This document shows, piece after piece, positions 23,817 through 31,519 of a stretch of 31,519 nucleotides of DNA. The notes under the pieces were generated by a model. That model worked only from the letters and a program-made list of their open reading frames with translations. It had not been told where the DNA came from and searched no databases. Position 1 is the stretch's first letter. The number at the start of each line of letters is the position of its first letter. The stretch is taken from positions 1 to 31,519 of the forward strand of contig NW_021832183.1 in NCBI RefSeq assembly GCF_006345805.1. The letters run 5' to 3'. The DNA is from Octopus sinensis (lineage: Eukaryota). Both the position numbers and the translations under genes were made by a program.

Positions 23817-24038
23817 GGTTTCAAATTTTGGCACAAATTCAGCAAATTTGAGGGGTGGGGGTGGGGGCTAAGTTGATTACATCGACCCCAGTTTTCAACT
23901 GGTACTTATTTTATTGACCTTGAAAGGACAAAAGGCAAATCCGATCTCGGCAGAATTTGAGCTTAGAGCGTAAAGACGGATGGAATGCTTCTTAGCATTT
24001 CGCTCGGCGTGCTAACGACTCTGCCAGATCGCCGGCTT
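23817..24038 (-). mobile_element. SINE family B, diverged, tail variant 2-like
   Basis: GGTTTCAAATTTTGGCACAA...ATCGACCCCAG...ACTGGTACTTATTTTATTGACC...GCTAACGACTCTGCCAG. Confidence 0.85.
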
Positions 24039-24544
24039 AACAGCAACAACAACAACAACAACAACAACAACTGCACAAAATGAATTAAAGAATCTAAAAC
24101 ATTAGGAATGATATATGTCAGGGATGTATACAAAATCGTGCCCTCTAATGGTCACTTAGAATTCTGGACGCGATAATTCTGGCTCACCTGGTATTAACTC
24201 TTCAAACAATTTCCGACAGTGTCTTCCAACGAAACAAGACGCAAATGGTTTTATTGTCCGGAATAAAATCACAACATAATCCCCTTTTTTTCTTTCCATT
24301 TTTCCCCCCTTTTTTTTTGTATCTGAACAGACAAGGACAAATGCCAAAACCTAACCCAAAGCCGCAGTAACAGAAGAATAGAAAGAATGAAAAAAGAAAA
24401 AAAACAAAGAAAAACATTGATCCAGCATTGGAAATACTCAATCTCAACTAATCTTAAATTAGCTTTTGTATCCGCCATTTTATTTCATTTCACTTAAGCC
24501 AACTCACACCAGGACTTTGAAGGACAAAACAACAGCCACAAAAC

Positions 24545-24546
<2 letters not shown>

Positions 24547-24579
<33 letters not shown>

Positions 24580-24646
24580 TAATAATAGTAATAGTAATAG
24601 TAATAGTAATAATATAATAATAATAATAAAATAATAATAATAATAA

Positions 24647-24709
<63 letters not shown>

Positions 24710-24748
24710 AAGAAGAAGAAGAAGAATAATAAGAAGAAGAAGAAGAAA
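24547..24748. repeat. (TAA)n-(GAA)n microsatellite
   Basis: Directly visible. Confidence 0.95.
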
Positions 24749-25347
24749 GGAGGAAGGCAGAAAGAAAAAAGCGAAGAAAGAAAAGGCTGTTTTGGAGCGG
24801 CCATTTTCATGAATTTGTATATTCGTAGAAAGTTTTTATTTTCTTTTTTGGCGAATTTGTTAACAAAAAATCTCGTAGTTGTTTGTTCCTCTTGCTTTTC
24901 AATGAATCTTTAACCTCAAAATACAATTAGATAGGAAAGAGATAGAAAATGGATATAAAATAGCTGTTAATGAAATCAAGTGTCTTACTTGAAATCACCG
25001 ATGTTGATGAATGCTCTAAACACACGCCGTCAATGCCATAGAGCTACATATCTATAAAGTCGCATATGTGCGTTTGGTGGGAAACTGCATCGCCTATGTA
25101 TGTATGTATGTAGTATGTATGTATGTATGTATGTATGTATGTATGTATGTATGTATGTATGTATGTACGTATGAATCGTATGTTGGTTTAACTGTGGATG
25201 TATACACCCAAGTGTATGTATCTATTCACATAAGAGTCTCAAATAGAGAATTTTTCGAATGTTTTACATATCTTCATTGTGCCACGAATAGATTACATCT
25301 GGAGAATTCGCATCAGTTTCTGTTGCACTAACCCCGGTGTGCTAAGG

Positions 25348-25730
25348 ATTCTTTTCTACTCTAGGCCCGAAATTTTTGGGGAGGGGGGGCAGTCGATTAG
25401 ATCGACCCAGTACGCAACTGGTACTTAATTTATTGACCCCGAAGGACTGAAAGTCAAAGTCGATACAGCAATTTGAACTCAGAACGTAAAGACAGACGAA
25501 ATACCTATTTCTTTACTACTCACAAGGGGCTAAACACAGAGAGGACAAATAAGGACAGACAAACGGATTATATCGACCCCAGTGCGTAACTGATACTTAT
25601 TTAATCGACCCCGAAATGATGAAAGACAAAGTCGACCTCGGCGGAATTTGAAGTCAGAACGTAGCGGCAGACGAAATACCGCTAAGCATTTCGTCCGGCA
25701 TGCTAACGATTCTATCAACTTTCCACCTTA
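25348..25730 (-). mobile_element. SINE family B dimer (tail 1 monomer joined to tail 2 monomer)
   Basis: Two central domains; minus-strand junction GTAAAGAAATA|GGTATTTCGTCTG near 25506. Confidence 0.9.
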
Positions 25731-26428
25731 AAGCCTAAAACAATATGAACCATTAGTCTTTTCCTACATAGATTCCTCATAATGCTCAGAGAACTGCTTA
25801 CGTTAACACGAACCTAACTACTAGTTTTCATGCGAACGACGTCTCTGAGTAAATCTTTCGAGTAGTTTATGATATATAAGAAAGAAAGAGGAAACTTGAT
25901 ACGTTTAACTATAAACTTGACACATTTAGCTCCCTACAGGCACGAGTAGACACGAAGACCCTTCTCGGTTTTCCAGCACTTAACTCAGGAATGTCGAGGG
26001 TGCGACAGATGGATGGAAAGTGTGTGTGTGTAGTGGGATGCTAACCAGTACTAGGGTGGTATCATTTTCAGCTTAGTAGGCTGAAGTAACGTAAATGAAG
26101 GGCCTTGTTCAAGGACACCATGCGCTGCCGACTTCATATCGTTATAGTGTTGCACGGAAAGTATTTCAGTGTTTGTCCCGTCTTTGCACGATTTGGGTAC
26201 TTAAACCGCCGATTTCAGTCTTGACTTTGATCTTTCAGGATCGATAATGTACCGCTTCATTCGTTTAGCTATTCTATTTTGTCTCTCTTTCTCAAGGTAG
26301 AAATAGCCCTGCTTACACCTGGAGAGCACTAGGCCTTGACAGGTGCAAAAGACATCAAATCACTGTATGTTACACTACCATACTGGTCTATCAAAAGTTC
26401 AAAACACAGGGACCAGAAGTGGCCATAG

Positions 26429-26855
26429 ACGCAGCAGTGGCTGTGGTAAATAGCTTGCTTACCAACCACGTAGTTTCGGGTTCAGTCCCATTGCGTGGCA
26501 CCTTGCGCAAGTGTCTGCTGCTATAGCCTGGGGCGGACCAAAGCCTCGTGAGTGGATTTGGCAGATGGAAACTGAAAGAAGACCACCGTACATATACAAC
26601 AGATGGATGGAAAGTGTGTGTGTGTGTGTGTGTGTTTGTGTGTGTGTTTGTGTATCTGTATTTGTCCCCCCCCCCGACCATTGCTTGACAACAGACGCAT
26701 GTGTGTTTAGGTCCCCCGTAACTAGCGGTTAGACAAAAGAGACCGATACAATAAGTACTAGGCTTACAATGAATAAGTCCTGGGGTCGATTTGTTCGACT
26801 AAAAGCGGTGCTCTAGCATGGCCGCAGTGAAAAGATTAAAGCAAATAAAAGAATA
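26429..26855 (+). mobile_element. SINE family A, full length
   Basis: GACGCAGCAGTGGCTGTGGTAAATAGC...GCGGTGCTCTAGCATGGCCGCAGT. Confidence 0.9.
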
Positions 26856-27146
26856 CGTACATGGTGGTTGTCTACTCCTTTTGCAGAGTCTGACCACCTC
26901 CTGTATCTACACCTTAGATCCACCATGCCGTCTGATGTGGCTTTTTAAACCAGAAAACGTATTGAAAAGACATCCACATTGATTGCATATCCCATTTGTA
27001 CCACCAAAACCTGCAGATAAGTTCTGATCTTTGAGAACCTTAAAATGTCTTTTGAAGCCTCCGTTAGATTTTCAGACCTTCTGACGCGCACACACACACA
27101 CACACACGCGCGCGCGCGCGAGCGCTTGTTACGTGTAATTCATATT

Positions 27147-28009
27147 CTTTTCTACTCTAGACACAAGGTCCGAAACTTTTTTGGGGGAGAGGCTTGTCGA
27201 TTAGATCGACCCCAGTACGCAACTGGCACTTAATCCATTGATTCCGAAAGGATGTAAAAGCCAAGGGGAGATTTGAAATTTGAAATCAGAAAGTAAAGAC
27301 AGACGAAAACCGCTAAGCATTTCGTCCGGCATGCTAACGTTTCTGCTAGCTCACCGCCTTAAGAAATTAAGAATAATATTATTTTCTGCTCTAGGCACAA
27401 GACCCAAAATTTTTGGGGAGGGGACCAGTCGATTAGAGCCGATTCGCCCAGCGTGCTACCGATTCTTATTTCTTTATTGCCCACAAGGGGCTAAACACAG
27501 ATGGGGACAAACAAGGACAGACAAAGGGATTAAGTCGATTACATTGACCTCAGTGCGTAACTGGCACATATTTAATCGACCGCAAAAGGATGAAAGGCAA
27601 AGTCGACCTCGGCGGAATTTGAACTCAGAACGTAGCGGCAGACGAAATACTGCTAAGCACTTCGCCCGGCGTGCTAACGTTTCTTATTTCTTTACTACCC
27701 ACACGGGGCTATACACAGAGGGGACAAAGAAGGGCAGACAAACGGACAAACCGCTAAACAGCTCAGAACGTAGCAGCAGACGAAATACCTATTTCTTTAT
27801 TACCCACAAGGGGCTAAACATAGAGGGGACAAACAAGGACAGACATAGGTATTAAGTCGATTACATCGACCCCAGTGCGTAACTGGTACTTAGTTTATCG
27901 ACCCCGAAAGGATGAAAGGCAAAGTCGACCTCGGCGGAATTTGAACTCACAACGTAACGGCAGACGAAATACTGCTAAGCATTTACGTTTCTGCCAGCTC
28001 GCCGCCTTC
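27147..28009 (-). mobile_element. SINE family B multimer (about 5 complete or partial units)
   Basis: Repeated GACGAAATAC, central-domain and tail modules; the whole block is flanked by ACGTGTAATTCATATT (27131-27146, 28010-28025). Confidence 0.9.
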
Positions 28010-28044
28010 ACGTGTAATTCATATTGCAATATATATGAGCGCGT

Positions 28045-28225
28045 TTAGTACGCTGAGTAAATTGCTTAGCGGCATTTTGCCCGTCTTTACATTCTGAGTT
28101 CGAATCCCGCTGAGGTTGACTTTACCTTTTATCTTTTCGGTGTCGATAAAATAAGTACCAGTAGAGCACTGGAATCGACTTATCCCCTCCAGCAAAATTG
28201 CTGGCTTTGTGCCAAAATTTAAAAG
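28045..28225 (+). mobile_element. SINE family B, diverged
   Basis: TTGCTTAGCGGCATTTTGCCCGTC...GTCGATAAAATAAGTACCAG...TTTGTGCCAAAATTT. Confidence 0.82.
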
Positions 28226-28264
28226 CAGTATTTGTGTGTGTGTATGTGTGGGTGGATGGATGTA

Positions 28265-28438
28265 CCGTATTTTAACGTCTAAGGAACACTTTTTTTTGTC
28301 AAAAATTAGGTTAAAAATATGGGAGTTATACATGGATACTATTATAATCCTCTACAAAAACTTTTTTGGCAAATTTTATGCCTCAAAAATTAGGGGCTTC
28401 CTTATACACAAGGGTTCCTTATACACTTTAAAATACGG
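28265..28438. mobile_element. Tc2/pogo-like MITE, 174 bp
   Basis: TA-CCGTATTTTAA ... TTAAAATACGG-TA: perfect 11-bp TIR extending imperfectly to about 22 bp; subterminal TTCCTTATACAC repeat. Confidence 0.8.
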
Positions 28439-28489
28439 TATATACGTATGTATATACAGCATGCGCGTTTTTTTTTATGTATATATATA

Positions 28490-28888
28490 GGCGCAGGAGT
28501 GGCTGTGTGGTAAGTAACTTGCTAACCAGCCACATGGTTCCGGGTTCAGTCCCACTGCGTGACATCTTTGGCAAGTGTCTTCTGCTATAGCCCCGGGCCG
28601 ACCAATGCCTTGTGAGTGGATTTGGTAGACGGAAACTGAAAGAAGCCTGTCGTATATATGTATATATATATGTGTGTGTATCTGTGTTTGTCTACCTAGC
28701 ATTGCTTGACAACCGATGCTGGTGTGTGCTTACGTCCCCGTAACTTAGCGGTTCGGCAAAAAGAGACCGATATAATAAGTACTGGGCTTACAAAGAATAA
28801 GTCCCGGGGTCGATTTCCTCGACTAAAGGCGGTGCTCCAGCATGGCCGCAGTAAAATGACTGAAACAAGTAAAAGAGTAAAAGAGTAT
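28490..28888 (+). mobile_element. SINE family A, full length
   Basis: GGCGCAGGAGTGGCTGTGTGGTAAG...TGAAACAAGTAAAAGAGTAAAAGAG. Confidence 0.93.
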
Positions 28889-28984
28889 ATATAAACACAC
28901 ATATATACACATTTGGGTATAATAATACATATTAGAAGTATAAATATATATGGAGAGTATGGGAGGTATTGGTGTCAAGAAGAC

Positions 28985-29254
28985 CCTTGTGAGTGGATTT
29001 GGTGGACGGAAACTGAAAGAAGCCTGTCGTATATATATATATATAAGTGTGTGTGTGTGTCTGTGTTTGTCTCCCTAGCATTGCTTGACAACCGATGCTG
29101 GTGTGTGCTTACGTCCCCGTCACTTAGCGGTTCGGCAAAAAGAGACCGATAGAATAAGTACTGGGCTTACAAAAAGAATAAGTCCCGGGGTCGATTTGCT
29201 CGACTAAAGGCGGTGCTCCAGCATGGCCGCAGTCAAATGACTGAAACAAGTAAA
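28985..29254 (+). mobile_element. SINE family A, 5'-truncated
   Basis: CCTTGTGAGTGGATTTGG...AATGACTGAAACAAGTAAAG. Confidence 0.92.
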
Positions 29255-29431
29255 GTGTTAGTCTATATATATACAGACGTGTCCATGATATACCAACCAG
29301 TTCTAAGATGGTTCAATTCCCTGCTGTTCTTTAATATAAACACATTAATACTAACAACACCCATTGTCTGCAAAATTCCTAAATGTCCCTCAGTTTCGTT
29401 CTTGTTCGATTTATTCAACCCACAACCAAAA

Positions 29432-29773
29432 TGCACACACTCGCACACACACGCACACACACACACACAAACACACACTCTCACACACGCACACACACAA
29501 AACACACACACACAAACAAACACACACACACACATACACAAACACACACACACACACAAACACACAATCACATACATAAACACACACACAGACACTCACA
29601 CACACACACACACAAACACACACATACACACAAACACACAATCACACACACACAAACACACACACACAAAACACACACACACACACAAAAACACACACAC
29701 ACAAAACACACACACACACACACACTCACACACACACAAACACACACACACACAAAAAAAACACACACACACT
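29432..29773. repeat. (CA)n-rich microsatellite
   Basis: Directly visible. Confidence 0.95.
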
Positions 29774-30019
29774 TACAAGAGGAATCAACAAAGGCATTCA
29801 AAGACATATGCAATATACGTCCTTCTTTGTTTGTTCCTCTCACCATAGCCCTTCGTTGACATTCTCCTTTTGTCTCTAGTCTACTCCACCTTTTCTTTCT
29901 ACTGAAAATCTGCTCCAGCCTGCTTCCTCTAATTTGTCTCTTTTTTTTCCCCCTCAAAATCTAGTTCTTGTTTGTGTTCTGTCCCTCAGCATTTTCCCAT
30001 GCACACTACACATTTGCGT

Positions 30020-30500
30020 GCATACATACATACATACATACATACATACATACATACATACATACATACATACGTACATACATACGTACATACATACATA
30101 CATACACACATACGTACATACATACATACATACATACATACGTACGCACATACGTACATACATACATACATACATATATACATACATACATACGTACGCA
30201 CATACATACATACACACATGCATACATGCATAATACATACATACAATACATACATACATACACACATACATACATACACACATACATACTACATACATAC
30301 ACACATACATACATACATGCATACATACATACACACACGCATGCACACACACACATACATATAAATATGTGTGTATATGTGTATGCGTGTGTGTACAGTA
30401 AGTATATATACGTAACATATATATCTACATACATACATACATAATACATGCATACATATATACATACATACACACACACGCATGCACACACACACACATA
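30020..30500. repeat. (TACA)n microsatellite
   Basis: Directly visible. Confidence 0.95.
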
Positions 30501-30654
30501 TATAGATATGTGTGTGTATATGTGGGTGCGTGTGTGTACAATAAGTATATATATATATTTGTATATATATACTTATTACACATATATATCTACATATTTA
30601 TATATATATATATATAAATATCTGTGTGTGTGTGTGTAATAAGTTTATATATAT

Positions 30655-30976
30655 ATATACTTTTTACACACACATACACATATACTAACATACATAGACA
30701 CACACACACACCCACATACATATAAAAGTGTGTGTAATAAATATATATATACATATATATATATATATACTTATTACACACACATACACATATACTAACA
30801 TACATAGACACATAGACACGCACACACACCCACATACATATAAAAGTGTGTGTAATAAATATATATATACATATATATATATATATACTTATTACACACA
30901 CATACACATATACTAACATACATAGACACATAGACACGCACACACACCCACATACATATAAAAGTGTGTGTAATAA

Positions 30977-31007
<31 letters not shown>

Positions 31008-31030
31008 CTTATTACACACACATACATATA
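30655..31030. repeat. 118-bp minisatellite (about 3.2 copies) built from degenerate TA/CA microsatellite
   Basis: AAAAGTGTGTGTAATAAAT recurs near 30724, 30842 and 30960 (period 118). Confidence 0.9.
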
Positions 31031-31312
31031 TATCTATATACATACATAGATACTTAGATACACACACACACACACACGCGTACATGCGCATATGTATGCC
31101 TCTCTTTCTTTTTCTCTCTGTATGTATATGTATATGCGCGCGCGTGTGTGTGATTGTATTAGCGTCGCAAAATTCTTCCCACCACTGTGCGCTTTCACTA
31201 TCGTTTTTTTTTTTCTTATTTTTCTTCCTGTCTTTCTGTTTTTTTTTTTTCCTTTTCCTTCAATCTTGCCTTTGGCCAGCGATGGTTCTTGTTTTGTTCT
31301 TTTTATGTATAT

Positions 31313-31358
<46 letters not shown>

Positions 31359-31519
31359 TCCGATGAGAGCAAAAGAAAAACCGTGACCCGAGAAAAAGGG
31401 AATCTAGAAAGAAACAAAAAATGCATTCGACACCTCCCTTTAACTACAGCAGCCGCTGGGCCTTGCAAGGCAGCTGCCGCCATTGTCGTCACTCAGTCAC
31501 TTGCTTTACAAAAAATTGC

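Noticed and set aside
27147-28009. CRISPR-like repeat/spacer array
   Set aside because: Units are SINE modules of irregular length in eukaryotic DNA, with no unique spacers or cas genes.

Overview
Repeat-saturated, AT-rich eukaryotic non-coding DNA with no intact protein-coding gene. The SINE families and microsatellite load resemble a coleoid cephalopod (Octopus-like) genome; this is an inference from recalled repeat families, not a search result. Most ORFs in the track are microsatellite artefacts. The window holds about 20 copies of two tRNA-derived SINE families (A: CORE-like; B: Meta/MESC-like), decayed LINE 3' fragments (two Tx1/L1-like, one R4/Dong-like RLE, one RTE-like), a mariner relic split by TTAA-flanked MITEs, Tc1- and Tc2/pogo-like MITEs and a Helitron 3' end. 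The most notable signal is four sequence-unrelated minimal type-I hammerhead-ribozyme folds of the Penelope/retrozyme kind (9482-9531 minus, a G3-C8 covariant core; 17252-17287 minus; 18024-18068 plus; 19499-19544 plus). One lies in a 334-bp tandem-plus-inverted repeat whose sister copy lost the ribozyme by a microhomology deletion. Also notable: a shared SINE-B/Tx1-LINE 3' tail, SINE multimers under one target-site duplication (TSD), stacked (TAA)n-embedded retroelements, locally copied microsatellite strings, and a possible non-coding first exon on the minus strand near 24.2-24.9 kb.
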